Shown here: positions 1 to 9,388 of the stretch, in pieces
How the letters are laid out: the number at the start of each line of letters is the position of its first letter
How positions within the stretch are numbered: the stretch's first letter is position 1
Assembly: GCA_019058445.1 (NCBI GenBank)
Contig: JAHPZA010000003.1
Location: 160,001 to 224,000, forward strand
Length of the DNA stretch: 64,000 nt
Reading direction: 5' to 3'
Source: Promethearchaeota archaeon
Lineage (GTDB): Archaea > Asgardarchaeota > Lokiarchaeia > Sigyniarchaeales > SOKP01
Notes under the pieces: model-generated
Databases searched by the model: none
What the model was told of the DNA's origin: nothing
What the model saw: the letters and a program-made list of their open reading frames with translations, nothing else
Program-made: the position numbers and the translations under genes

Positions 1-622
1 TTTCATAGGGTTTAAGACCAATAATCACTGAAACATGGCCAGGTGAGATGAAACCATCAATATTTAAGAGAGACTGGCTCATTAAGAGTTCTAAGGCTGC
101 AGGAATTAATTTATGAGCACAAATTACCGAGAAATTTGAGGGGGGATTTGACTGAATTTCATATCCTATTAAAGGTGCAGTAGTTTCAAAACCTATAGCA
201 AAAAAAATTACTTCCTTATCAGGATTTTCCTTGGCGATCTTAATAGCATCATTAGGACCATACACTATACGTACATCAGCCCCTTTAGCCTTTAATTCAG
301 CCAGAGATATATTTGTGGCAGGTACTCTTATCATATCCCCAAAAGTTGTTAAGATTGTGTTATCTCGCTTTCCTATTTCTATTGCCTTGTCTATATCTGC
401 TGCTGGGCATATACATACAGGACATCCTGGACCGGAAAGAATTTCGATTTTTTTAGGGAGTAAAGTTCTAAGTCCAAATTTCGATATTGTATGTTCATGA
501 GTGCCACATACATGCATAAATTTTAATGGTCTATTAATTTCTTTTGCTAAACGATTGATCGAATTAATAATCTTTTCAGTAAAATCCTTTCTTCTCAAGA
601 TATCTATACCTGGTACGTCCAT
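1..622 (-). CDS. hypD: Hydrogenase maturation protein HypD (5' part; runs off window start)
   Basis: Manual translation from ATG at 622: MDVPGIDILRRKDF...FMHVCGTHEHTISKFGLRTLLP...SGPGCPVCICP, containing the HypD CGTH and GPGCPVC motifs; near hypE/hypF. Absent from the ORF track because truncated. Confidence 0.95.
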   Translation of the reverse strand, partial: MDVPGIDILRRKDFTEKIINSINRLAKEINRPLKFMHVCGTHEHTISKFGLRTLLPKKIEILSGPGCPVCICPAADIDKAIEIGKRDNTILTTFGDMIRVPATNISLAELKAKGADVRIVYGPNDAIKIAKENPDKEVIFFAIGFETTAPLIGYEIQSNPPSNFSVICAHKLIPAALELLMSQSLLNIDGFISPGHVSVIIGLKPYE

Positions 623-751
623 TCAATCAAACCTTTCTTTTTCAATTAAGAATTGTTTTGAATATTTGAGATTAATACTTAAAATCGTAAAAATTTAATG
701 ATTTTAATTAATATAAAGCCTAAATAATGCAAAAGCCGTAGAAATGTTAGA

Positions 752-934
752 TTACCAGATCTGATTACTTTTTCTCATCTTCTTTTTAAAATCTTTTTGA
801 GCTTTCCTCTTATTTTTTAAACTTCGGTTGTTTTTCTTATGTCTTCTATTAGCATGATGCCCTTTTCCTTTATTTGATTTATGCTCCTCTAAGACTTCTA
901 TTCGATGCTGGTATTTTTTACTCATTGTTAACAC
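752..934 (-). CDS. Small very basic Lys/Arg/His-rich hypothetical protein
   Basis: 60-aa ORF filling the hypE-hypD gap on the same strand; probable start MSKKY; low complexity. Confidence 0.5.
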   Translation of the reverse strand: MLTMSKKYQHRIEVLEEHKSNKGKGHHANRRHKKNNRSLKNKRKAQKDFKKKMRKSNQIW

Positions 935-999
935 TTAATAATTATTTCTTTAATGAAAATAACAGATAATCATCTATTTAAACTGAATTGTTAATATTT

Positions 1000-2049
1000 T
1001 TAACATATTCTTGGAATGGGTTCCCCAAGGGGCATATCAATAAATCGGGTTCCTCCAACTATTGTCTTTAATAAAACTCTACCTGGATTATCTTTTTGAA
1101 CTTCTCCTATTATCATTGCATCTCTTCCTAATTTAGTTTTTTTTATTTTTTGAAGAATTATTTCAGATTGATTAGAATCAACCGCCATTAGAGCTCTTCC
1201 CTCGCATGCGATATTAAAGGAATCAAGGCCTAGCATGTCACATATGGCAGAAACCTGTTTTTTTATTGGTATCTTTTCTTCATCAATTACAATGCTAACA
1301 TTAGATTTTGAAGCCCAATCGTTTAACGCACCTGCCATTCCCCCCCGAGTAGGATCTTTCATCGCATGAATTAGATTTTCATCAATTTCCTTTTTAATCG
1401 CATTAAAGATTTCAATTAATATTGACACATCAGATTCTAAATCGGTTGAAATATTAAGGCCCTCTCTATTGGCCATTAAAGCTGTTCCATGATCACCTAT
1501 ACTACCAGTTATGATTATATTATCACCTGGCTTTAGACCATTATCAACAATTTTTATTTTTTTATCTTTAATTCCTATACCAGTCGTAGCGATAATTATT
1601 TCATTTAAAGTACCTCGGGGCATAACCTTGGTATCTCCTGCGATGATAGCAACGCAGGCCTCTGTCGCAGTAGAATTTAAGGAGTGCACAATTTTTTGTA
1701 GGGTATCAAAGTTAAAGCCTTCTTCTATGATAATTATGGAAGTTAAGGCTAGTGGTTTGGCACCCATCATTAAGATATCATTAACAGTTCCACATACGCT
1801 TAACTTTCCAAGATCTCCACCAGGGAAAAATAAGGGAAAAACTGTATGTCCGTCAGCTGTGATAACAATTTCCTTATCATAATCTTTTAATGGAATTGTA
1901 GCGCCATCATCTAATTCTTCAACTCCAATACCGTTATTAACGTTTTTCAAGGTGATGTCTTTAGTGATGAATTTTATTAACTCCTCTTGTAGAACTCCAC
2001 CAGCGCCATGGGCTAATCTTATTATTTTCGAGCTCTCTTCCTTTTCCAT
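1000..2049 (-). CDS. hypE: Hydrogenase maturation protein HypE (carbamoyl dehydratase)
   Basis: HGAGG, FFPGGDLGKLSVCGTVND, GDTKV, KDPTRGG and C-terminal PRIC motif. Confidence 0.97.
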   Translation of the reverse strand: MEKEESSKIIRLAHGAGGVLQEELIKFITKDITLKNVNNGIGVEELDDGATIPLKDYDKEIVITADGHTVFPLFFPGGDLGKLSVCGTVNDILMMGAKPLALTSIIIIEEGFNFDTLQKIVHSLNSTATEACVAIIAGDTKVMPRGTLNEIIIATTGIGIKDKKIKIVDNGLKPGDNIIITGSIGDHGTALMANREGLNISTDLESDVSILIEIFNAIKKEIDENLIHAMKDPTRGGMAGALNDWASKSNVSIVIDEEKIPIKKQVSAICDMLGLDSFNIACEGRALMAVDSNQSEIILQKIKKTKLGRDAMIIGEVQKDNPGRVLLKTIVGGTRFIDMPLGEPIPRIC

Positions 2050-2130
2050 ACTTAAATGAAAGTAGAAAAAATTAAAAGAATTTAGATTATATTTAAAAAA
2101 TTTTACAACTTAAATTCATAATTTTAAAAT

Positions 2131-2946
2131 TTATAACAACTTTTTGATGGAATCCATTGAATCGTTTGCTACATTATAGGGATCCTCTTCCCATAACCTT
2201 TGATTAAAAAGTTCTAAAGAAATCCATTTGTTGTAGCCAATTTCTTTCAATTTCTGAACAAACATCTCTAAGTTGAAAAATCCTCGACAGGGCAATACTC
2301 TATTGGAATCTTGTAATTCCTTAAATGGTTTTTCAATCGCATCATTGAGATGAATTAACCATAGTTTTTCGGGCTCAATTTTATCTAACTCATTAATAGA
2401 ATGTTCACCAACAAAAAAATGAAAGGTATCTATAACTAATCCCATTTTGGGTAGTTCCTCATTTTGAATAATCTTCAGTGCCATATCTACCTTTCTTACA
2501 GAACAATTAGGGAACCCTAATGGTTCAAAACATAATTTAAAATCATATTTTTCTGCCAATTTAGCAAGGAGCTTTAAACGATCAATTGTTTTTATAATTA
2601 TAGTATTATCATTCATATTTGGCTCATCGAGAAAACTTGGGACCGTGATTATAGTATCACAGCCAATTTGGTTGCCAATATCCATTAGTTTTTCAGTATA
2701 TCTCATTATTCTTTTAAACTCTTTTTCCGGACAAAGGGAAAATAATTCTATAGCATTAAAGGTGACACATTCAAGATTATTTTTTTCTAATGTAGTTTTT
2801 AAATTTTCAATGGTGTGATTCTCTAAATAAACAAACGTTTCATCCCTTCTTAATTCCACACCTTTAAAACCTGCTATGGAAATAGCTCTCAAAAAAATTT
2901 CCATTTCAGTTTTCATTAATGTGGCTTGATTTACTGCTAATTTCAT
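2131..2946 (-). CDS. Sugar phosphate isomerase/epimerase (IolI-like TIM barrel)
   Basis: EPLGF, DTFHF, IHLND, R-x-LP-x-G and SLELF metal-binding motifs. Confidence 0.85.
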   Translation of the reverse strand: MKLAVNQATLMKTEMEIFLRAISIAGFKGVELRRDETFVYLENHTIENLKTTLEKNNLECVTFNAIELFSLCPEKEFKRIMRYTEKLMDIGNQIGCDTIITVPSFLDEPNMNDNTIIIKTIDRLKLLAKLAEKYDFKLCFEPLGFPNCSVRKVDMALKIIQNEELPKMGLVIDTFHFFVGEHSINELDKIEPEKLWLIHLNDAIEKPFKELQDSNRVLPCRGFFNLEMFVQKLKEIGYNKWISLELFNQRLWEEDPYNVANDSMDSIKKLL

Positions 2947-3117
2947 TTTACATTCTCATCTTATTATGTATTAGAGTATATTCTTCTTTATGCTTATAAT
3001 TTATTTCATTACTAATCCAATATGCTTGTTCTTACTTTATCTGTTTTTTAAAAAATTCTCTCGATGATTTTTCAAAAGCATTTAATTTATATAATTTTAA
3101 GTTTTTGTTCTACTTGA

Positions 3118-5523
3118 ATGAATAAGAAAACCGTTGAAATTAATATATCTGGCATCGTCCAAGGAGTAGGATTCCGACCTTATTTATTTAATTTAGCAAG
3201 AAATTTTGGACTTAAAGGATTTATTCTAAATCGTGGAAATGCTGGAGTTAGGCTTGTAGTTCAAGGTGATAATGAAAGAATCAATAGATTTATTGAGAAT
3301 ATTGAGAAAAAAAGCCCAAAAATCTCATATATTGAAAGTTTAGAAACTAAAGAACTACTCACAGAGGAGATATTTAGTGAATTAAATATTAAGAAAAGTG
3401 AAAAGGGGAGGGGTATAAGTTTGACACTCCCTCCGGATATAGCAATTTGCGATGATTGTTTAAAGGATATGAGAGATTCAAAACTAGCCAAATATTATAT
3501 GTATCCCTTTATTGCATGTGCAGTATGTGGTCCGCGATATACAACCGTTAAAGAGTTACCCTATGATAGGGAGAGATCCACTATGATTCAGTTCCCTTTC
3601 TGTAGAAACGCTAATCCAAGTTCATGTATTCAAGAATATTCCGACTTTAGCAACAGACGATTCCATGCCCAAACTTTTGCCTGTTCAGTATGCGGTCCAA
3701 ATTATTCACTTTATAATAAATCTAGAGACATCATTGAAAAGGATTCTATTAAAGAGATTTTAAAGTTATCCGCAAAAAGAATAAAGAAAGGTGAGGTTGC
3801 TGCCGTGAAGGGAATTGGTGGAGTTCATTTAGTTTGCTTAGCTGATAATGATGATATCATTCTTAAATTAAGAAAAAGAAAAGGTGAAAGAAAGTATAAA
3901 CCATTTGCGTTAATGGTTCCAAATTTAGATTTAGTTGAAGATTTTTTAAAAATATCTCAAAAAGAAAGAGAGTTATTGACTTCTTTTAGGCGCCCTATTG
4001 TTTTGTTAGAAAAAAAGAATGATGAAACAAAAGGATTTATTAGCAAGCAGGTAGCTCCGGGCTTAAATAACATCGGCGTAATGCTACCATATTCAGGAAT
4101 TCATTATTTGCTTTTCGATTTTATAGGAGAAAAACCATTAGTCTACACCAGTGGGAATAAATCAAATATACCTATGGGTATAGAAAATGATACAATTTTT
4201 GATCAACTTGAGCATCTTGCCGATTTTTTCCTCCTCCACAACAGAACAATACATCAAAGAGCAGATGATAGTGTCGTAAGGATTCACGATAATAAAGTAA
4301 AACTAATTAGAAGATCAAGGGGCTATGTTCCCGAATATATACCGTTACCGTTTAATGTTGATGTTTCTGCCGCTCTTGCAACAGGACCTGAACTATCTAC
4401 GACAGGAGCCGTGCTGAGGAGAAACCGAATATTTCCCACTCAGCATATAGGTAATGTAACGCATCTGGAAACCTATGATTTTTTAAAAAATGCCTTGTTT
4501 CATATGAAGAATCTACTACAGATTAAGGATTCTGAAGTAGAATTTATTACCTGCGATGCCCATCCAACACTTATAACCAGCAAGTTTGCCCAAGAACTTT
4601 CAATGAAGTATAATATCCCTTTCTACCCTGTTCAACATCATTTCGCGCATGCATTAGGATTAATGGCTGATAATAAGGTAGAAATAGAGGAAAGTATTGT
4701 TGCGATTAGTACCGATGGAGTAGGTTACGGTGATGATGGGAATGTATGGGGTGGTGAAATATTATTATGTTCATATAAAGGATACAAACGTTTTGGGCAC
4801 TTAGAATATCAACCCATGATTGGAGGGGATCGATGTACGAAATATCCCGCTAGGATGGCGGCCTCAATCATACTTAAAAATCTTGGAATAGAAGATTCCC
4901 TCAGATTATTCGAACAAATTGAATTATCAAGGGACCTAGAGTATGGACAAAATGAATTACAAACTTTAATTTCTCAATATGAAACAAGTAATAATCGCTA
5001 TCTAGATGGAAATATTCCGTTATCCAGTTCTACTGGTAGAATTTTTGATACTGTTTCTTATCTCTTAGGGGCGTCAAACATAAAGACATATCGAGGGGAA
5101 CCTGCTATGCGGCTTGAAGGATTGGCTGCAAATGGAAATCCTGATAAGATTAAATTAGATATAAAATGTAAAAAAAAAAATAATACTTTTGTCATCAATA
5201 CATCAGATCTAATATTAGATATTTTACGTTTAAAAAAAAACCCATGCATAAAACCTGAAGACATTGGTGCTAGCTTTCATAAAGCCCTTGCTAATTCTTT
5301 TGCGGAAATTGCAATCATAATAGCTCAAGAGAATCATATTAAAAATGTTGGCCTTACCGGGGGCGTTGCATTTAACTATTTTTTTTCGCGTTCTATAAAG
5401 GAGAAAATAACTAAAGAAGGTTTACTCTTTTTAGAACACAATAAAGTTTCACCTGGAGATGCTGGAATAAGTACAGGGCAATTAATCGGTGGTCTATTTA
5501 AACATAATCTAGAGAATTCATGA
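3118..5523 (+). CDS. hypF: Carbamoyltransferase HypF
   Basis: Acylphosphatase GIVQGVGFRP, zinc fingers CDDC/CAVCGPRY, YrdC KGIGG, QHHFAH, DGVGYG, PGDAGIS. Confidence 0.97.
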   Translation: MNKKTVEINISGIVQGVGFRPYLFNLARNFGLKGFILNRGNAGVRLVVQGDNERINRFIENIEKKSPKISYIESLETKELLTEEIFSELNIKKSEKGRGISLTLPPDIAICDDCLKDMRDSKLAKYYMYPFIACAVCGPRYTTVKELPYDRERSTMIQFPFCRNANPSSCIQEYSDFSNRRFHAQTFACSVCGPNYSLYNKSRDIIEKDSIKEILKLSAKRIKKGEVAAVKGIGGVHLVCLADNDDIILKLRKRKGERKYKPFALMVPNLDLVEDFLKISQKERELLTSFRRPIVLLEKKNDETKGFISKQVAPGLNNIGVMLPYSGIHYLLFDFIGEKPLVYTSGNKSNIPMGIENDTIFDQLEHLADFFLLHNRTIHQRADDSVVRIHDNKVKLIRRSRGYVPEYIPLPFNVDVSAALATGPELSTTGAVLRRNRIFPTQHIGNVTHLETYDFLKNALFHMKNLLQIKDSEVEFITCDAHPTLITSKFAQELSMKYNIPFYPVQHHFAHALGLMADNKVEIEESIVAISTDGVGYGDDGNVWGGEILLCSYKGYKRFGHLEYQPMIGGDRCTKYPARMAASIILKNLGIEDSLRLFEQIELSRDLEYGQNELQTLISQYETSNNRYLDGNIPLSSSTGRIFDTVSYLLGASNIKTYRGEPAMRLEGLAANGNPDKIKLDIKCKKKNNTFVINTSDLILDILRLKKNPCIKPEDIGASFHKALANSFAEIAIIIAQENHIKNVGLTGGVAFNYFFSRSIKEKITKEGLLFLEHNKVSPGDAGISTGQLIGGLFKHNLENS

Positions 5524-5650
5524 GAATCTAAAATTTAAAATCAAGAAAAAAAATATATATATTTTAATCGAAATTTATTTGATATTAACAACAATTATTA
5601 TTTTTACTAAAATTAACGTGTATTTATTATAAAATTGGGGTTGAAATGTT

Positions 5651-7330
5651 ATGACTGAAGATTTCCAATTCATTTATAAAGAAGAGTTTTGGTATATTAG
5701 TGCGTTCTTGAATACGGTGCTCGTTGATAGCATTGCAAAAAGTGCTGAAATTGAAATCCTCATAAAAAATGAATTTAGTAAATTAAAACCAGAAGATATT
5801 TTTCGCCAAGATTTAAAAGATGATATCATCGGTATGGTAAACAATATATCTCTTAATTGCAAATGGGTCCCGTTTTTGAAAAGTTTTCCCTATAAGGATG
5901 AAAATTCTGAGAGAGAGTTTAACACCTTAGGCTATTTTCAGTTTGAAGTTGAGTATTACAAAAATGATCAAGCAAAAAAAGAAGCTTTAAATCCCTTATT
6001 AATCCAACAAGTCCCTTATATCGTTTTAAATATTTTAAGAGAATATGGTAAAAGACCTGAAAATAAAGGAGTTTACTTTGATACTGAGAGTCCTATATAT
6101 GTATTTGCGACGTCTAATAAGACAAAACCTACTGAAATCCAATGGACCAGAGAAAATGTTGAAAAATATAAAAAGACCATAGCCTATTGGACGGTTATCT
6201 ATTCTGGTCAATGGCCTGATTATTCAGAGAAGTTATATGATCAACGGATTCAAAACAATCTTTCCAATCGTCTTTCTGAATTGCATTTTATTTACCGTAA
6301 TTCGGGATTTATTTACATGGCAGAAGAAAATTATGAGAGATTCTTTGAATCTTACATGAAACAATTTGTGCTTGAACCCACTCCTAAAATGCGAGCAGTT
6401 CTTTTCGTGTTAAGATCAATAAACGAGTCTCTGGATTTATTATTCTTAAAAACTTACTCGGGTACTTTTACAAATATGAAGACGATTGAAGATAAAATTA
6501 AAAATCTCAGATTTCTAAGAGGACTAGTCCAAACGCAATTAAGTTTAATATATAATGAATTAGATTATAATAGGAGACAACACTATACCAGTGTCTTGAA
6601 GCATTTGATTAGTCAATTCGATCTAAATGATGTAGTGAATAGAGTGAATGAGAAATTTAATTTGATATATGGAGCTATGCAGGAGCTATATCTCAAAAAG
6701 AGTGAAGAAGACGCACAAAGAACCGAAAGAAGATTAAACCTTCTAAACTTACTCTTTGGCGCAGGTATTTTAGCAGATTTAGCTGGTGTGATTATGATTG
6801 CGTTTAGTTTACAAGAAAGTGATTCACCCGCAGTATTGCTCCATATTTCTATATTCATCATTATATTAGGAATTTTAGTCCTTACCATTGGATATTACAT
6901 CTATTCAAAGATAAAGATCATAGAAACTGAAGTCGGAAAAACGGTGGATGCTGTAATAGAGGATGATAGGGGCAATGTGGTTTTGATTAAGCGCAAGTAC
7001 CCTCCTTTCAAAGATTATTATGCCCTTCCCGGAGGGTTTATAGAAAAAGGTGAAACACCAAAACAGGCGGTTATAAGGGAAGTAAAGGAAGAAACCAATC
7101 TTACCATTGAAATACTTAAAAAAATTGGTATCTTTGATGAAGAAGGACGAGATCCCCGCGGTAAAATAATTTCTACCGCGTTTAAATGCCGTATAATTGG
7201 CGACACTTCCCAAATGCAAAGTGGTACCGATTCAGCGAGTGTTGAACTTATCCCTAAGGAAAAAATAGCTACACTCGATCTAGCTTTTGATCACAGAGAT
7301 ATTTTAAAGGATGCAGATATTATTGAATAA
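5651..7330 (+). CDS. Membrane protein: CorA/RMD1(DUF155)-like soluble domain + 2 TM helices + C-terminal Nudix hydrolase
   Basis: Long helical region leading into two hydrophobic helices (~aa 362-420), then intact Nudix box GGFIEKGETPKQAVIREVKEETNL with RDPRG and LAFDH motifs of ADP-ribose pyrophosphatase-like enzymes. The N-terminal fold is inferred. Confidence 0.75.
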   Translation: MTEDFQFIYKEEFWYISAFLNTVLVDSIAKSAEIEILIKNEFSKLKPEDIFRQDLKDDIIGMVNNISLNCKWVPFLKSFPYKDENSEREFNTLGYFQFEVEYYKNDQAKKEALNPLLIQQVPYIVLNILREYGKRPENKGVYFDTESPIYVFATSNKTKPTEIQWTRENVEKYKKTIAYWTVIYSGQWPDYSEKLYDQRIQNNLSNRLSELHFIYRNSGFIYMAEENYERFFESYMKQFVLEPTPKMRAVLFVLRSINESLDLLFLKTYSGTFTNMKTIEDKIKNLRFLRGLVQTQLSLIYNELDYNRRQHYTSVLKHLISQFDLNDVVNRVNEKFNLIYGAMQELYLKKSEEDAQRTERRLNLLNLLFGAGILADLAGVIMIAFSLQESDSPAVLLHISIFIIILGILVLTIGYYIYSKIKIIETEVGKTVDAVIEDDRGNVVLIKRKYPPFKDYYALPGGFIEKGETPKQAVIREVKEETNLTIEILKKIGIFDEEGRDPRGKIISTAFKCRIIGDTSQMQSGTDSASVELIPKEKIATLDLAFDHRDILKDADIIE

Positions 7331-7355
7331 ATTTGTTTTTCTTTTTTTTTTTTCA
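7331..7355 (+). terminator. Poly-T archaeal terminator
   Basis: Long T tract directly after the stop codon. Confidence 0.55.
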
Positions 7356-7476
7356 GTATTGTTTATTATTACTTATTTATCTTTAAAGAGAAATTCTTTT
7401 ATTTTCATTCAGCATATATTTTTTAAATTATAATGAAAAATATAATAAATCCAATAATACAAGTAAAACATGAACA

Positions 7477-8787
7477 ATGAGTCAAAATATGGCATCTAAT
7501 CTTGATGAGATATATAAATCCATTGTAAATGATTCTAAAGATAAAACGGGTATTGTCTGCTTAAATTGCTTATTTAAATACATCACAATTGAAGATTTAC
7601 AAGATTTTGCTAAAGAACATGAAATTCACATTGTTAAAAAAAGTGAGATGAGAAAGCTTGATTATTTTAAATATATATGTCACGCTTTTTATAATGATTA
7701 TCAGAGTAATTCTCAAACTCAAGCACTCTATTCTAATTGTCTAACTTATATAGGTGAAATGTTATTTAGAAATGAGAAATTTTTTGACATCTTTAAGATG
7801 CACGATTTTCTAAGTAAACAAGAAATCATTGAAGTCTTTGCAGATTGGTGTGCTGATCTTGGCATTTCTGTGTTTAATACCTCAGAAATCTCTGAATATT
7901 CATTAGATCTATATTTTACGAAGAGAAAACCTAGACTGAGAACTGAAGCTGTTTTTTTAAGAACTGGAGAAGAAATGGATGAAAAGAATTATGAGAAAAC
8001 ATTAGAATTCATTAAAAATTCTAAGAAGATATCTGCATGGACTGTCTTTGTGACAACGCCATTAGGAGCATTTAATATAGGGCTTTATAAATTAATTGGC
8101 GATATGGAGAGATTAAACACATGGCTATATATAGTTGATCCTTTAAAAATGAGAATTTTTGGAATTATTCGGGGCAAAAAATCTAAAGATCATGATCAAG
8201 ATTTAAGAGATGAATATATCAAGAAATTACCTCGTGAACCAATTAGAGCTCCTTCCCAAGTCATTAAGTTTTCGAAATATGACTTAAATGATGCAGAAAG
8301 GTATAAACCTTCAAACTTTACAATATTTGAACTTATAAGCGAAAGGGAACATGAAGAATTGATTAAAATACCACTAAAAGATCCAAGATATAAAAAAATC
8401 TTTAGAAACCTTCTAATTATAGAAGAAAATTCAGGAATCTCAGTTTTCTCATATTCCAGCGAAATTGTTACGATGGATGATAATTTAATTTCAGGATTTT
8501 TGAGTGCAATTGATCATTTTATGTCAGAAGTAGGAGGCTCCTCATCTTTAAAGGAAATAGATTATAAAGGTTTCTTTGTACAAGCGGCATACGGTGAATT
8601 TGTAAAAATGGCTGTTTTCCTTTCCGAACCTGGGGATCAAATATTAAAAGAGCGTCTTTCTTATTTTATTAAACAATTTGAGGAAAAATATAAGGAACAA
8701 ATAGAAGAATTTAAGTTAACTGGGAATGTTTCAGTCTTTACTAATAAAGAGATAAAATTTCTTGCTCAAGAAATCTTAGAAATTTAG
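7477..8787 (+). CDS. Hypothetical protein with C-terminal longin domain
   Basis: C-terminal ~125 aa LLIIEENSGISVF...LISGFLSAIDHFMSEV...KEIDY...FEEKY follows the Asgard longin pattern; N-terminal CxxC. Confidence 0.7.
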   Translation: MSQNMASNLDEIYKSIVNDSKDKTGIVCLNCLFKYITIEDLQDFAKEHEIHIVKKSEMRKLDYFKYICHAFYNDYQSNSQTQALYSNCLTYIGEMLFRNEKFFDIFKMHDFLSKQEIIEVFADWCADLGISVFNTSEISEYSLDLYFTKRKPRLRTEAVFLRTGEEMDEKNYEKTLEFIKNSKKISAWTVFVTTPLGAFNIGLYKLIGDMERLNTWLYIVDPLKMRIFGIIRGKKSKDHDQDLRDEYIKKLPREPIRAPSQVIKFSKYDLNDAERYKPSNFTIFELISEREHEELIKIPLKDPRYKKIFRNLLIIEENSGISVFSYSSEIVTMDDNLISGFLSAIDHFMSEVGGSSSLKEIDYKGFFVQAAYGEFVKMAVFLSEPGDQILKERLSYFIKQFEEKYKEQIEEFKLTGNVSVFTNKEIKFLAQEILEI

Positions 8788-8807
8788 AAATATTTTATCT
8801 TTTGATT

Positions 8808-9287
8808 TCAAGAGATCGGATGTTTTTCTTTAAAAATTAACTCGATAATTAACTCATCTCTGGATTTGGTTATATAATCTTCCAATTCATGAAATATATT
8901 AATATTTCCATCCCATTTGATTAGCTCTTCTTTTGGATATCTCTGGAAAAATAAGGTTATAACGTGGTCTAATAGTCTCAAGACTTTTTTATGTTTAATC
9001 CTTCTAGAAGAACTTGCTAAAAAAATGAAATTATTTCTTTTAATTAAATCGAACCGGAGGTTACTAAATTCTAAACAATTCAGCTGTTCATGAGTTAATT
9101 CTTGCGTAAAAGAAGTTAATGCACTTATAAGCATACCAAAAACTTGTTCTTCAATTTGCGGATTACTAACTTTACTGGCAACCACTTTTCCACTGTCCGT
9201 TATTATCAATATGTCCTGCAGCGTATCGAACATGATTGTTCTTCCAAACCTAAAGGTCTCTCTATCGAAAAAAATACTTCCAAACAC
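8808..9287 (-). CDS. Standalone longin-domain protein (likely start ATG ~9233, MFDTLQD)
   Basis: ILIITDSGKVV...FGMLISALTSFTQEL...F-F-x-RY...WDGN pattern. Confidence 0.75.
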   Translation of the reverse strand: MFGSIFFDRETFRFGRTIMFDTLQDILIITDSGKVVASKVSNPQIEEQVFGMLISALTSFTQELTHEQLNCLEFSNLRFDLIKRNNFIFLASSSRRIKHKKVLRLLDHVITLFFQRYPKEELIKWDGNINIFHELEDYITKSRDELIIELIFKEKHPIS

Positions 9288-9388
9288 AATAATCGAGTAA
9301 TTTATATTTAAATTTAATGCAAAAATTTGTCAATATATTCAATTTTTTTGACGAATATTAGAAACACTAAAAGTATTAATTTTTATGT

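Noticed and set aside
231-698. Plus-strand ORFs 231..500 and 501..698, and the many other short antisense or nested ORFs in the track
   Set aside because: They overlap well-supported genes (here hypD) and show no motifs; shadow ORFs.
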